The notes: generated by a model not told the origin, from the letters alone. A stretch of DNA of 64,000 bases from Clostridiales bacterium (GCA_029256575.1 JAQSXR010000015.1:19614-83613), one strand, 5' to 3'; shown: positions 8,717-20,079, counted from the stretch's first letter. A program made the numbers and translations.

Positions 8717-8978
8717 TTTTTATTGTAACATTATCAATTACTGCTTGTTCCAATTCAACTATTTCGAAAGAAGAATCTCAAACATTCACAACTAGTTCTC
8801 CTGAAATCGATAAGGAGGACATTGTAACACTGAAGAAAGTACTACAGAAGAAGAACTTACGACCGAAGAAGACACATTCGCTTATGAAGATAATTTAATC
8901 GAATTTGATATCACCTCTTCATCACTTCGAGATGGCGGAAAATGGCTTTCGATCATAACAAAATCAAAGGGTGAAAAT
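8717..8978 (+). pseudogene. Right part of the decayed duplicate of the lipoprotein 5' region (matches ~9152-9417)
   Basis: tttttattgtaacattatcaattactgcttgttccaattc...gatcataacaaaatcaaagggtgaaaa is near-identical to the intact gene, with small indels. Confidence 0.9.
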
Positions 8979-9114
8979 CAGACTTATATCTACATTATTT
9001 TTATTCATGCATTGTGCAGATTATCCAACTAATCGTGCACATTTTAACTATGATTTTTCATCACTTTATAATACAATACTCGCAAAAGACAATATATTTA
9101 TAAAAGGAGAATTT

Positions 9115-9789
9115 ATGCAAAAAAAAAGAACCTCATACTTATCATTATTAGTTTTTATTGTTACATTATCAATTACTGCTTGTTCCAATTCAACAACTAT
9201 TTCGAAAGAAGAATCTCAAACAATCACTACTAGTTCTCCTGAAATAGATAAGGAGGACATTGTGACCACTGAAGAAAGTAATACAGAAGAAGAACTTAAG
9301 ACCGAAGAAGGCACATTCGCTTATGAAAATAATTTAATCGAATTTGATATCACCTCTACATCACTTCGAGATGACGGAAAATGGCTTTCGATCATAACAA
9401 AATCAAAGGGTGAAAACAAGTCACCTCAACTATCTTGGACGCCTGTTGAAAATGCGACCTGCTATGGCATTTATATGTTTGATACAAGTGCAGGAAACTG
9501 GCTACATTGGATTGCCAAAGATGTCACTGAAACAGAACTCGAGATGGGCGTCGAAATTGAAAACAGCAAATACGTTGGCCCATATCCACCAGGTGGAACC
9601 CATACTTACGAAATAACTATTTTTGCATTTAAAGCATCACCGGATTCCTACCCCGGAACATTTGACAGTTCTAATTCTAATCTTGATACGATTATTAGCA
9701 AATTAGACACGTCTAATGGAGTGTCAGGGAATATTATCGCAATAAGCGTATTGTCCGGAACTTACAAAAGTGGCGACATCGTTGAATAG
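9115..9789 (+). CDS. YbhB/YbcL (PEBP/Raf-kinase-inhibitor-like) family lipoprotein
   Basis: RBS AAAGGAGA then ATG 9115; lipobox SITAC; ENKSPQLSW...WLHW...YVGPYPPGGTHTYEITIFA motifs. Confidence 0.85.
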   Translation: MQKKRTSYLSLLVFIVTLSITACSNSTTISKEESQTITTSSPEIDKEDIVTTEESNTEEELKTEEGTFAYENNLIEFDITSTSLRDDGKWLSIITKSKGENKSPQLSWTPVENATCYGIYMFDTSAGNWLHWIAKDVTETELEMGVEIENSKYVGPYPPGGTHTYEITIFAFKASPDSYPGTFDSSNSNLDTIISKLDTSNGVSGNIIAISVLSGTYKSGDIVE

Positions 9790-10697
9790 TTACGGTAATC
9801 ACTTGGCGTTTTTCCAAAATGTAATTTTATAGCTCTAGAAAAATAACCGACATCGGAATACCCAACACGCAGAGCAACTTCTGTCAAAGGTATTTCGGTG
9901 TCCCTTAATATAGCGCCAGCTAATTGCATACGCATCCATACAAAATATTTCATTACAGTCGTATTCATTTCTCTTTGAAATTCGCTGTTTATCAAATTTC
10001 TATTGCATGCAAATTTCTTCTCCAACATATTCAACGTAATCTTTTTATTGATATTTTGATTTAAATATTGAATAATATCGTAAGTTAATTTATTTGTATT
10101 TTTTTCATTGATCACACAAATTGTTTCCATATTTCCCTCTGTCTTCGCTCCATCGATAAAGAAAAGCAACTCAATAAAATAGGATCTACTTCTACATGGC
10201 CAGTAGCCATCTTTTTGCTCTTCCAATTCCATTTTGACCTTTTCAACAAGATTATTCAATACAATTGATGACGAAGCCTCTAGCAAAATAAGAGTCCGCT
10301 TCATACAATTAATTCCATAAAAAGAACTTAATAATGACAAATCCTGAAAATTTGTAGTCCCGGCCATTTCATTATAATATTTCACATTGAAGATTTCATA
10401 GGACAAATGATCATTTAGCGCGATTGGTCTAAAAAATAACACCCTCATATGGAAAGCATTGAAGTCTTCAGATGAAATGGCATCCTCGTGATTGAGACAC
10501 AATAAAGCCGGAGCCATTACATATAGTAGGTTATTATTGCATTTTACCATGCCATTTCCATTCAAAATTAAAACTATTTTACACGTCTCTCGATCATTTA
10601 AGACACTAATTGCTTCTTTGCCTTCCAATACCTTGAGAAATACAATCCTATTCCAATCTTTGTCATGACTTTTCACAAATAATTCCATTGTCCTCAC
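9762..10697 (-). CDS. AraC family transcriptional regulator
   Basis: C-terminal double HTH, LTEVALRVGYSDVGYFSRAIKLHFGKTPSDYR. Confidence 0.92.
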   Translation of the reverse strand: MRTMELFVKSHDKDWNRIVFLKVLEGKEAISVLNDRETCKIVLILNGNGMVKCNNNLLYVMAPALLCLNHEDAISSEDFNAFHMRVLFFRPIALNDHLSYEIFNVKYYNEMAGTTNFQDLSLLSSFYGINCMKRTLILLEASSSIVLNNLVEKVKMELEEQKDGYWPCRSRSYFIELLFFIDGAKTEGNMETICVINEKNTNKLTYDIIQYLNQNINKKITLNMLEKKFACNRNLINSEFQREMNTTVMKYFVWMRMQLAGAILRDTEIPLTEVALRVGYSDVGYFSRAIKLHFGKTPSDYRNYSTMSPLL

Positions 10698-10844
10698 ATA
10701 ATCTAGATATCTGAGTTCGATACCAAGATTACTATCCTCCTCAACGTAATAATTTTACTTTATATTTGAAAAGTGGGTGCACTCTGCCCTATTGCAATGA
10801 CCTTACCCATCTATTAGCATATTTACACTGCTCCTATCCCAATT

Positions 10845-11618
10845 TCACTCAACCTCAATATCCACAAAATCTCCAATCGCATGCGGTACACCCAAATAAA
10901 TATGTAACTTCCCATCTTTATAATACGAATACCCTTCCGCCCAACTATTCGTCTCTATATCGATATCAAATCCACTTAATTCCTCTACCAATCTTTCTTT
11001 CGTATACATAGATAAATAATCATCCACAGCATCTTTGAAAATACCCTCAATCACATTTCCATCGATATCACGAATAACTAACCCAGTATTATCAATTATC
11101 TTTTGTGCAATTTCATCCACATTCTCAATGTCCGCTAATCTAACTATTTTCCCGTTCACTAAATCAACATTCAGGCTTCCTACAAATGCACTAGGATGTG
11201 CAGCTCCTACAACATTTTGGTAACCTCGCATGATGATTGAAATCATCTCATTTGTTTGTGTTACTACTTCGAAATCCATTTCATAAGTGTCATCTTCACT
11301 ATAATTTTCTATGTTTTTAGTTGCAAATTCTTCTAGAACTCGGTTAACCTGTTCTTCAAGTTCAACATTCTCTAACCCACTAATTCTAGGATAAACAACC
11401 CTAATTTGATCTTTACTATAAGTTTTATTTTCTATTTTATAGTCAACCTCATCCGGTGTTTTGGTTATCGTCTCTTCAGGTTCTTTTTCTATTGTTGTTG
11501 TTACTGTATTTTGTGGTTCTTTATCAATAATCTCTGGCTTACCTTTACAGCCAGTCATACCAATTACTAGTGCAACTGTGCAAACTAACATCACTAATTT
11601 ATGTTTCATACAAATCAT
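10845..11618 (-). CDS. DUF4163/DUF3298 (PdaC/RsiV-like) lipoprotein
   Basis: Lipobox MTGC; VVYPRISGL, GAAHP, NVDLVNGKIVRLADI, VPHAIGD. Confidence 0.75.
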   Translation of the reverse strand: MICMKHKLVMLVCTVALVIGMTGCKGKPEIIDKEPQNTVTTTIEKEPEETITKTPDEVDYKIENKTYSKDQIRVVYPRISGLENVELEEQVNRVLEEFATKNIENYSEDDTYEMDFEVVTQTNEMISIIMRGYQNVVGAAHPSAFVGSLNVDLVNGKIVRLADIENVDEIAQKIIDNTGLVIRDIDGNVIEGIFKDAVDDYLSMYTKERLVEELSGFDIDIETNSWAEGYSYYKDGKLHIYLGVPHAIGDFVDIEVE

Positions 11619-11880
11619 CTCCTCTATTTGAACATTGCTACCTACCCCTATTATATATTCTTAAAGGCAGTATGTCATTCTTATTTTAATTTGTGTTATA
11701 GATATGATAAATCATAATTTTATGCTTTAATTGTCATATTATCAACTTGTTTTAAACTAATTATGACACAGTCTTTTCATTACATCTACTATGGTTGTAT
11801 CATGTTAAGTGATTATAAAAAATAACCTTTGCCACCTTCAATAAGAAAGTAGATAAGGTTATTTCCCCCAGCATAATTCT

Positions 11881-12443
11881 TTAATTTGAGTTTTCAGTAT
11901 TGGTCCCCATATCATTACTTTTAAGAAAGCAAAAAACATACATACCGATAAAGAGCATAAAAATACAAATAAACTGTGAAGTTGATAAATTCCCAACAGT
12001 CCCTCTCTGGTCCTCTCTGAATATCTCAATTACAAATCTACCTATACTATACAGAATCATATATAACCCTGCAACTCATTTGGAGCATTTAAGGAATTAT
12101 GAAATATGATACCGAAGGCATGATTCGTTTCTCTGCCATAACAACAACCTGCTTCATAACACCCAATTCTTCCAAATCCTTGCGCAAGCGCAATTGCAGG
12201 TACTATTAAGTCTATATATAATAAGAAATCTAAATGCTTTATTTTGCAGTAAAAATATCCCGCTGCAAACCCACCAATAATTCCTCCATATACTACAAAC
12301 CCACTGCTTAATGTTTCAATTATGTAACTTGGATTGTCAATTATATTTGGGAATTCTGTTATCCAAAATAAAAGCTTCGCTCCAACGAATCCTCCTATTA
12401 GTCCATAAATAATAAACCCTAATTCAAATAAAACTGGATGCAT
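11881..12443 (-). pseudogene. lgt: Prolipoprotein diacylglyceryl transferase family, with internal deletions and a frameshift
   Basis: GAKLLF, GFVVYGGIIGG, AQGFGRIGC..AGCCYG. The C-terminus VAGLYMILYSIGRFVIEIFRED...STSQFI is in another frame. The usual YG-containing N-terminal helix and the PTQ(L/I)YE segment are absent. Confidence 0.85.
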
Positions 12444-12475
12444 TCTTAATCTCCTATTCATATTAAATTACTTTT

Positions 12476-13083
12476 CTATAAATTATCCCCATTTATCACA
12501 CAAACTGCTTTTCCGTTATTCCCTCTACTCTTCCTTGCCTTCTCAATAATTTTACTATAAATACCAATCAAGTATGGCTCATTGGAATATTCACTTAACC
12601 TTCTTACCTCAACCCAGCCAACCCCACTTGTTTCCTCTTGATTCAAACCAATGCTTCTTTTTCATCTGCAATCAAGATATAGGATGTATTCAAATGCAAG
12701 TGAGAGGATACATACTTACCTCTTTTTACATGTCCATATACCGGTATAATGTCAATTGACGCCAAGTTTTGCGTTAGCGAAACTATATTCATTACTCCTG
12801 TCTCTTCTTTTGCTTCCTTTAATGCCACACCTAACATGTCGCTATCTCCTTCGGCATGACCACCCGTCCAAGTCCAAGTTTTATATATATTATGATGAAT
12901 CATGAGTATTTTATCGAGCGATTCATTTAGAATCAATCCGGAACTTGTCATATGTGCGATTTGGTTTTCTCTCGTTAAGATATCCTCATAAAAATACTCA
13001 ATATAATCCAATATTACCTTCTTATCATTCATTTCTTGTTCATTCACTGGTTGATACTTTCGTATTTCTTCTCGATAATTCAT
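12476..13083 (-). CDS. NUDIX hydrolase, 1-nt frameshift near 12645
   Basis: GGHAEGDSDMLGVALKEAKEETG Nudix box; continues LNQEETSGVGW...SNEPYLIGIYSKII in the adjacent frame after a T-run. Confidence 0.85.
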
Positions 13084-13541
13084 TGGTTCTCCTTAACATA
13101 TCTAAATTTGATAGCCTTAGGTGTTTTAATTGCAATATAGATTGATGTAATCAAGCACATAACGATTGCACAAATAGTAATGATCAATAATAATGTATTC
13201 GTCATAATAACTACTCTCCAAATCCACAACAATATCAGTTGAATAATATTGCATACGCTCAAAATAATTGCTGAATTGCGAGTATACTTAAAGCTCATTG
13301 CAAGTCCAACAATTAATGCAATAATATTTGCAGAGCCAATCAACAAATAGACCCATAGTATTAAATAACTAGATTCTGAGATTATGGGTGCGTTAGTGAA
13401 CCATAGACTAATCTCATCAAAGAGATGTAATAACATTCCCCCAAATATTCCATACCAACAAATTCTATAAAAAACCAAACCAAAAATGATAAGAGAAATG
13501 ATTGATATTGCTATCTGTGTCTTTTTTAACTTTATATTCAT
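13080..13541 (-). CDS. Hypothetical 4-TM membrane protein
   Basis: RBS GAGGAG; four hydrophobic segments; overlaps the NUDIX start (ATGA). Confidence 0.75.
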   Translation of the reverse strand: MNIKLKKTQIAISIISLIIFGLVFYRICWYGIFGGMLLHLFDEISLWFTNAPIISESSYLILWVYLLIGSANIIALIVGLAMSFKYTRNSAIILSVCNIIQLILLWIWRVVIMTNTLLLIITICAIVMCLITSIYIAIKTPKAIKFRYVKENQ

Positions 13542-13740
13542 AAATTATTCTCCTCAATATAAGATTTCTAGTAACATTGTAACGCTATATACAATTATTG
13601 TCATTATACTACTATCCCATGATTTTTCCAATTAAATTCAGGGTTAAGGAACAATACATCTTCTATTTCATAAAATCAGTTCTCCCTTTATTACTTCAAT
13701 TAATTCTCTAGTTAAAATTATTACCCCGATAAAACACAAA

Positions 13741-13765
13741 AAAGTCGCCTTTAAAAGACGACTTT
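13741..13765. terminator. Terminator hairpin
   Basis: aaagtcgcctttaaaagacgacttt. Confidence 0.6.
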
Positions 13766-13774
13766 AAATCTATA

Positions 13775-14254
13775 TTATAATGTTTCTGATTCCTTACGAT
13801 TGGTACTAATTTCGATTAATTTAACAATTCCCCAAGCTATTGCTGCATATACAATCATAGCAATAATGAGACTTGGTTCTAGAACCGCTTGTGTTTCTAT
13901 CCCAGTTGTTTTGGCTGTTCTGAATATTCCAGCAAATGGTGCTATGAACAGATTAGTAAGTGAGTATAACAAATCTACGAAAGGACTTTCGGGATTTGCC
14001 CCTAATACTTTGAAGATGAACCTAAATGCGAACAATACTTCTATAACACCAAGAATATAATAAATTATTCGTCGACCCTTTTTGTTTGTTTGGTCCTTTT
14101 TAATCATATTCTTATTAGCTTCCTTGCCTTGTCGAATTTCACCTTCTTGGATAGTCCGTTGTTGCAGTTCATGTTCTTGAACGCGTTGTTGGGTATTGTT
14201 TTCTTGTAAATTAATATCTTTATTTGTGTTTTCTTGTATTTTATTTTCGTTCAT
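13775..14254 (-). CDS. YggT family membrane protein with Q/E-rich N-terminus
   Basis: RBS GAGGAGG before ATG 14254; IYYILGVIEVLFAFRFIFKVLGANP...PFAGIF motif. Confidence 0.8.
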   Translation of the reverse strand: MNENKIQENTNKDINLQENNTQQRVQEHELQQRTIQEGEIRQGKEANKNMIKKDQTNKKGRRIIYYILGVIEVLFAFRFIFKVLGANPESPFVDLLYSLTNLFIAPFAGIFRTAKTTGIETQAVLEPSLIIAMIVYAAIAWGIVKLIEISTNRKESETL

Positions 14255-14268
14255 ATTATTACCCTCCT

Positions 14269-14418
14269 CTAAAGAATTCTTTTTCCTTTTATAACTCGAA
14301 CTAGTACTACAATTATTGCGATTACTAGTAAAATATGTATTAATCCACCCATAGCATTCGCAGTAACAACACCTAGAAGCCACAATATGATAAGAATTAC
14401 AACTATTGTTGATAACAT
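14269..14418 (-). CDS. lmo0937 family small membrane protein, 49 aa (below ORF-track cutoff)
   Basis: MLSTIVVILIILWLLGVVTANAMGGLIHILLVIAIIVVLVRVIKGKRIL, with the GGLIHILLVIA signature. Confidence 0.85.
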   Translation of the reverse strand: MLSTIVVILIILWLLGVVTANAMGGLIHILLVIAIIVVLVRVIKGKRIL

Positions 14419-14959
14419 ATTCCTTCACCCTCCCTATATTAAATATGAACACACGTGTTCACATACTGCATCTAGTTGGTTATTTTCAAAACAAATACCT
14501 TACCTACACTCTCTGCCTTATCTCTACATGTCTTATAATTTTTAATCATATCAGAATTCGAAATTATTGCATTTGTCGAAATATTCATTTTATATATCCA
14601 ACCTTTCTTTTAATATATTTACATTTTACACTATTTCACATAATTTGTCAATTAATTGTTATATTTAATATTTAATATAATGTTCAATATATTATTGTCA
14701 TTATACGCAACGCACTATAGAATATGGTCTGACAAATATTTATTGGTTCAGATTATTTCCCATAGAATAAATACTTGAGACTACTATTTGTTTTTTTATT
14801 TTTAGACCTAAGTAACTTCTTCCTACTTCATGATTTTACTGATTTCATTGACAGTACTCCGTAAAAATGCTAACTTTTATATAGCAAAGAAACAATCCAA
14901 TATAAAATCCAATGTCGAACAAAGACATATTATTTTGGAGATACTCAAGGAGACTTACA

Positions 14960-16060
14960 ATGAATTACGATTATTCGTTAACAATAGATTATTTATTAGA
15001 TTGGTATGATTTAAATGCTAGAATCTTAGCTTGGAGAGAAGATCCGAACCCCTATTATGTATGGGTCTCAGAGATTATGTTGCAGCAAACTAGAGTTGAG
15101 GCCGTGAAGTTTTATTTTGAGCGGTTTGTAAATACTTTGCCCAATATTGAGGCATTGGCGATGGTAGAGGAAGAAAAGCTTCACAAATTGTGGGAAGGTC
15201 TCGGCTATTATACACGTGTGCGAAATCTTCAAAAAGCAGCCAAGATTATTATGAATGAATATAATGGTGTGATGCCAGCAAACTATGAGGAGCTTCTGAA
15301 GTTACCTGGTATTGGTTCTTATACCGCTGGTGCAATTGCTTCAATCGCTTTTCATATTACACAACCAGCAGTAGATGGAAATGTGCTTCGAGTGATGAAG
15401 AGAGTCGCAGGAAGCTATGATGATATCATGAAATCAAGTGTGAAGAAAGAATTGGAGCAGGATTTAAGAGAAATTATTCCGAGTGATCGTCCAGGTGACT
15501 ATAATCAAGCCATTATGGAACTAGGCGCAACTGTTTGTATCCCAAATGGTAAGCCCCTCTGCGAGAAATGCCCCATCATGCATTTGTGTAATGCGTATCA
15601 GCAAGGAATTGAGATGGACATCCCTGTCAAGACTGCTAAGAAACCTCGAAAAATTGAGGATAAGACCATTCTCTTAATGGAACGAAATGGTGAATATGCG
15701 ATTCATAAACGTGAGAGCAAAGGCTTACTCGCTGGCTTATGGGAATTCCCTAACATAGAAGGAAAATTAACTGCTTCCGCTTTGGAAGAAATGTTAAATA
15801 AACAGGGACTGCAGAATTTTACAATCGAAAATCTAGGTGAAGGCAAACATATCTTCTCTCATATTGAGTGGCATATGGTAGGATATCTGATTCGAATGAA
15901 CGAAGCAATGACGGTAAAGGAACCAAGTTTTGATGGATACTTACCGGAAAATAACATTGCATCGAAAGAAAAATATATCTGGGCAAGCGTAAAAAAGATT
16001 GATAAGGAATATACTTTACCAACTGCCTTTAAGACTTACCGACAATGTATGACAAATTAA
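14960..16060 (+). CDS. mutY: A/G-specific adenine glycosylase
   Basis: PYYVWVSEIMLQQTRV, WEGLGYY, LPGIGSYTAGAIASIAF, VDGNV, C-x7-C-x2-C-x5-C Fe-S motif; RBS AAGGAG before 14960. Confidence 0.95.
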   Translation: MNYDYSLTIDYLLDWYDLNARILAWREDPNPYYVWVSEIMLQQTRVEAVKFYFERFVNTLPNIEALAMVEEEKLHKLWEGLGYYTRVRNLQKAAKIIMNEYNGVMPANYEELLKLPGIGSYTAGAIASIAFHITQPAVDGNVLRVMKRVAGSYDDIMKSSVKKELEQDLREIIPSDRPGDYNQAIMELGATVCIPNGKPLCEKCPIMHLCNAYQQGIEMDIPVKTAKKPRKIEDKTILLMERNGEYAIHKRESKGLLAGLWEFPNIEGKLTASALEEMLNKQGLQNFTIENLGEGKHIFSHIEWHMVGYLIRMNEAMTVKEPSFDGYLPENNIASKEKYIWASVKKIDKEYTLPTAFKTYRQCMTN

Positions 16061-16159
16061 TGTTATCCATCTGCCTATCTACTTTAATGTTATTTATCAA
16101 ACTTACAGCAATGGCCTATTGTACGAGAACGGTGTAAGTGGTACAATATCAAAAGAATT

Positions 16160-17926
16160 GTGAGGCGATTACATTTGAACACTTTTAAGAAATCTTTTTT
16201 ACAAGTGAAAGAACATTTTCTACAATATTTTATTTTTGAAGCTATCATAACGACCATTACCTCTTCCGTGGTATTGCCTTTTATATTAAAAATATATCAA
16301 TGGGTATTGGTTTTTGTGGGAACACCATATGTCTTAAATGACTCTTTTTATAAAGTTCGATTATCGTCAGCGAGACTGTGGACTTTCATATTTGGGATTA
16401 TCGTAGTGGCGTTATTTTTACTCCTTGAATATATTATTTTAATGATATTAACGGTAAAGCACATAAATAAAGAGCCCGTTAGAATAATTGATGCCTTTAT
16501 CACGGGTATTTTAAATATTAGGAGATTACTGATTCCTGGAATCGTACATGTGATTAGTATGGCATTGTTTTTCATTCCACTTTTCTTAATCAGTTCCAAT
16601 TTTAATCCAATTAATATACCTATTTCAATCTATGATTTTATAAATGGATCTTTTAGAAATCAGTTATTTGCCTTTATTGCACTAATTGCTTGGCTATATA
16701 TTCATATACATACCCTATATTTACTATATTTTATGCTTATTAAGAATGATCGATTAAGGGAAGCACTCATAAAGAGTTTTTATGTGGTGAAGAAAAATCA
16801 AAAGAAGATGATATTAATTTGGCTTCCAGTATTGTTTGGTTGTATATTTCTTTTGGTTTTAATAAATTTTGGTATTCAAAGCACAATATATTGGATATCT
16901 GGTCTAGCTATTTATATGACGTTTAAGAAGGTTATCCTGTTTTGCTTGGGTGTTGTCGTATATGGGGTCGTCCTCTTAACTTTCCCTTTCTATGTTAATT
17001 ATATGGTAACTGTTTTTCAAGAAATTACCACTAAAAATGATTCCCCACATCATAATCGGAAAATCGAAATTGAATTAGTCGTTTACCGTACGAAGTTTCC
17101 AAAGCTTCTAAACCGTCTACAAAAAAGTCGTTTTGTTCGGTTTGGGCTTGTTATAGTAGGTTTCTTTACAATCTTTAGTTTGAATTATAACCTTACTAAA
17201 TCCTCCGTCAGATGGGATGTAAATATTGCAGCTCATAGAGGTGATTCAAGTACTGCCCCAGAAAACACTTTAGCAAGCATTCAAATGGCGATTGATAAAC
17301 AAGTTGAATTTGTGGAATTGGATGTTAAACTCACTCAGGATAGTATTGCTGTGCTCCATCATGACACAACTTTGAAGCGTACTGCAGGGGTATCCTATAA
17401 AATAACAGATTTAACCTATCAAGACATCCTTATGTATGATGTGGGTGAGAATTTTTCAACTGAATTTACTGGAACACGAGTTCCTACTTTATATGAGGCT
17501 TTAGAATTATGTAAGAATCGCATTAATGTTATCCTAGATATTAAAGATTCAAAAAATAGCAAGCAGCTAATACCAATCGTACTTCAAATAATTAATGAAT
17601 TAGAATTAAACGAAACTGTTTACATCCAATCTTTTAATTCCGCCGTGTTAACGCAAGTTCGAAGGCTTCAACCTGATATTAAGATTGGGCAAATCATGTA
17701 CTACTCTTCAGGGGATTTGAGTCAATTAGATGTAGATTTCTATGCTATTAAATACAGTATGATAACGGAACATTTTGTTAAGCAGGCAAAAGACTTGAAT
17801 CGAGAAGTATGGGTATGGACTGTTAATTCCAGTGCTATGCTAAAAGAAGTCTTGAAATATGATATCGATGGAATAATTACTGATTATCCAGAACGTGCTC
17901 AGTTGATCCGAAGTACATCACATTGA
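16160..17926 (+). CDS. Glycerophosphodiester phosphodiesterase with N-terminal membrane domain
   Basis: AHRG...APENT, ELDVKLTQD...HHD, WTVN...DGIITDYP; multiple TM helices upstream. Confidence 0.9.
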   Translation: MRRLHLNTFKKSFLQVKEHFLQYFIFEAIITTITSSVVLPFILKIYQWVLVFVGTPYVLNDSFYKVRLSSARLWTFIFGIIVVALFLLLEYIILMILTVKHINKEPVRIIDAFITGILNIRRLLIPGIVHVISMALFFIPLFLISSNFNPINIPISIYDFINGSFRNQLFAFIALIAWLYIHIHTLYLLYFMLIKNDRLREALIKSFYVVKKNQKKMILIWLPVLFGCIFLLVLINFGIQSTIYWISGLAIYMTFKKVILFCLGVVVYGVVLLTFPFYVNYMVTVFQEITTKNDSPHHNRKIEIELVVYRTKFPKLLNRLQKSRFVRFGLVIVGFFTIFSLNYNLTKSSVRWDVNIAAHRGDSSTAPENTLASIQMAIDKQVEFVELDVKLTQDSIAVLHHDTTLKRTAGVSYKITDLTYQDILMYDVGENFSTEFTGTRVPTLYEALELCKNRINVILDIKDSKNSKQLIPIVLQIINELELNETVYIQSFNSAVLTQVRRLQPDIKIGQIMYYSSGDLSQLDVDFYAIKYSMITEHFVKQAKDLNREVWVWTVNSSAMLKEVLKYDIDGIITDYPERAQLIRSTSH

Positions 17927-18032
17927 TTTTGTGTTGCACACAAACAAAGTTGCATCATAATCATATATTACTTACAAGTAAATGTTCTTCTCTAATATAC
18001 ATTGATTTACCAACAAATATTGCATCACCTGA

Positions 18033-18068
18033 TAGAGCGCTAAGATAAATTTATCTAAGCGCTCTTTG
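18033..18068 (+). terminator. Terminator hairpin
   Basis: agagcgctaagataaatttatctaagcgctctttg. Confidence 0.7.
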
Positions 18069-18301
18069 TTATCTTTATTTACTAATTTATAACTTAATTA
18101 AACTACATTCCCTATTCACATAACAAACATAATTTATTCACAATCCAATGATATAATTATCAAAATCAGTCCTCAAGCATACATATTATCTATTTTTATT
18201 TACCTATAATTTAAATTTGCTTTCGTATTTTTACAACTATTTTACTTTATTTTTTACCACAATTTAACTTCGATTTCAAATTTTTATTATGCTATAATTA
18301 C

Positions 18302-19660
18302 CAAATCAAAATTGTTGTACTGTCTATCTTTAACTCCCTCCTTATCACCCTTCTGATAACGATTGCTTCCACCACTTTGAACGATCAAGGAGCGGCTCCA
18401 GCTAATTCTTCAGTCGTTACTTCCGTTGAAGGTACGAATGAAAGTACAACTAATGAAGATGCATCAGTTGTTATGGCTCCTCCGCAAGCATCTTTTCTTC
18501 CACCAACACCTGTATTATTAGGTATGTTAGCTGCAATGGCTATTGGAATATTTAACTCTTTTCTTCTAGGAAGATATATTGCAAAACCAATAAAAAAATT
18601 AACTGAAATCACGAAAAAAACAGCACAATTTGACTTAACTCCAGATACTTCATATGAATACATACTAAAATACAAAGATGAAAGCGGAGCTATGGCAAAA
18701 GCACTTTGGGATACAAGAAAATCGTTTAGTGAACTTATCACAAGTGTTAAAATAATCTCCGATAACTTAGCTTCACATTCAGAAGAACTCACTACTTCTA
18801 CTGATGCAAATACAAAAACAATTGGTCAAGTCGTTTCCGCAATAAATGAAATTGCACAAGGGAATATTCACCAAGCTGATATGGTAAACAATACAAATCT
18901 AGCTATAACTGAGGTAGTTAACACAATTGAAGAAGTAAATCAGGCTACCGATAATAATGCTCAAAATGCAGTAAAATCATTAGAGATGGTTGAAATGGGT
19001 CAACAAGCAGTTGAAATAGCAATACAAAGAATGCAAGAAAACTTTAACATTACGCAAGAAGTTGGTACTTCTATTAATGAATTAGGTGAAATGGTTTCAA
19101 AGGTTGAGAGTATTGTTTCCGTTATTACCTCAATTGCATCACAGACAAATCTTCTCGCTCTCAATGCAGCCATTGAAGCAGCAAGAGCAGGGGAAGCTGG
19201 AAAAGGATTTTCAGTTGTTTCAGAAGAAATCAGAAAACTTGCAGAAGGTTCGTCATCTGCTGCAAAAGAAATAGCAGTTATTGTTAAGGAAACGTCCGAA
19301 AAAAGCATTCAAGCTTCTGATAATATGGCTTCATCAAAAGCATCCGTTGATTCTCAAGTAAGTGCAGTTAATAATACCAAAGAAGCTTTTGACAAAATAA
19401 AATTATCCGTAGAAGATATCGTTATGCGTTCCCAACAGTCAGCTCAAATGCTTAAGAATGTTGATTCAAGAGCAAAGGAAATAGAAGATCAAACAAGAGA
19501 AATGTCTGCTGTCGCACAACAATCAGCAGCAAGCTCAGAAGAGATCTCCGCTTCCGGTGAAGAACAATTAGCAAACATAGAAATAATAGCACAATCAGCA
19601 GTTGGATTATTTAACTTAGCAGAACAGCTAAATAGTGAAGTAGGTAAATTCAACATTTAA
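18302..19660 (+). CDS. Methyl-accepting chemotaxis protein; first TM helix lies upstream of the called start and lacks an ATG/RBS
   Basis: [38 protein letters not shown]; HAMP domain; in-frame upstream [23 protein letters not shown]. Confidence 0.85.
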   Translation, partial: QIKIVVLSIFNSLLITLLITIASTTLNDQGAAPANSSVVTSVEGTNESTTNEDASVVMAPPQASFLPPTPVLLGMLAAMAIGIFNSFLLGRYIAKPIKKLTEITKKTAQFDLTPDTSYEYILKYKDESGAMAKALWDTRKSFSELITSVKIISDNLASHSEELTTSTDANTKTIGQVVSAINEIAQGNIHQADMVNNTNLAITEVVNTIEEVNQATDNNAQNAVKSLEMVEMGQQAVEIAIQRMQENFNITQEVGTSINELGEMVSKVESIVSVITSIASQTNLLALNAAIEAARAGEAGKGFSVVSEEIRKLAEGSSSAAKEIAVIVKETSEKSIQASDNMASSKASVDSQVSAVNNTKEAFDKIKLSVEDIVMRSQQSAQMLKNVDSRAKEIEDQTREMSAVAQQSAASSEEISASGEEQLANIEIIAQSAVGLFNLAEQLNSEVGKFNI

Positions 19661-19710
19661 TAATACATAAAAGCTTATAATCATTCCAGATTGAAGTGAA
19701 TATCGTAATA

Positions 19711-19744
19711 AAGTGGTCTGTTGCAAATGCAACAGACCACTTTT
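19711..19744. terminator. Bidirectional terminator
   Basis: aagtggtctgttgca-aa-tgcaacagaccactttt between convergent genes. Confidence 0.8.
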
Positions 19745-19773
19745 GTATTAGGTTTTGCCTATATTTTAAATTC

Positions 19774-20079
19774 CTATATCGATCCTATTTGTTTCAGTAT
19801 TTGAACAACTGTATCTTCTTTAAAAGGTTTCACTATAAAAGTTATTGCCCCATTTATAACAGATTCTTTCTGCTTAATTAGCTTTAAGGCTTCTATCCCT
19901 GTCATTCCTGGCATAGTAATATCCATTGTAACAATGTCAGGTTTACATTCAAAATATCTTTTAATTGCTTCAACTCCGTTTTCTGCCTCACCTACGATTT
20001 GAAACCCGTTGTGTTCTAACATTCGTTTTAATGCTAATCGCATAAATGACGCATCATCAACAATCAATACTTTTATCAT
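19774..20079 (-). pseudogene. cheY: CheY-like response regulator with an in-frame internal deletion
   Basis: VDDASFMR, DIVTMDITMP and FIVKPF present. The beta4/alpha4 segment (..IVMVSAMGQ..) is missing; 101 aa versus 118 aa for the paralog at 56339. Confidence 0.75.

Noticed and set aside
8971-9114. N-terminal extension of the 272-aa ORF
   Set aside because: The GTG comes from the end of the duplicated segment. The real RBS, ATG (9115) and lipoprotein signal lie downstream.
13775-14452. Single 225-aa ORF as given in the track
   Set aside because: The first 66 codons are an off-frame reading of the lmo0937-family gene; the YggT gene has its own RBS at 14254.
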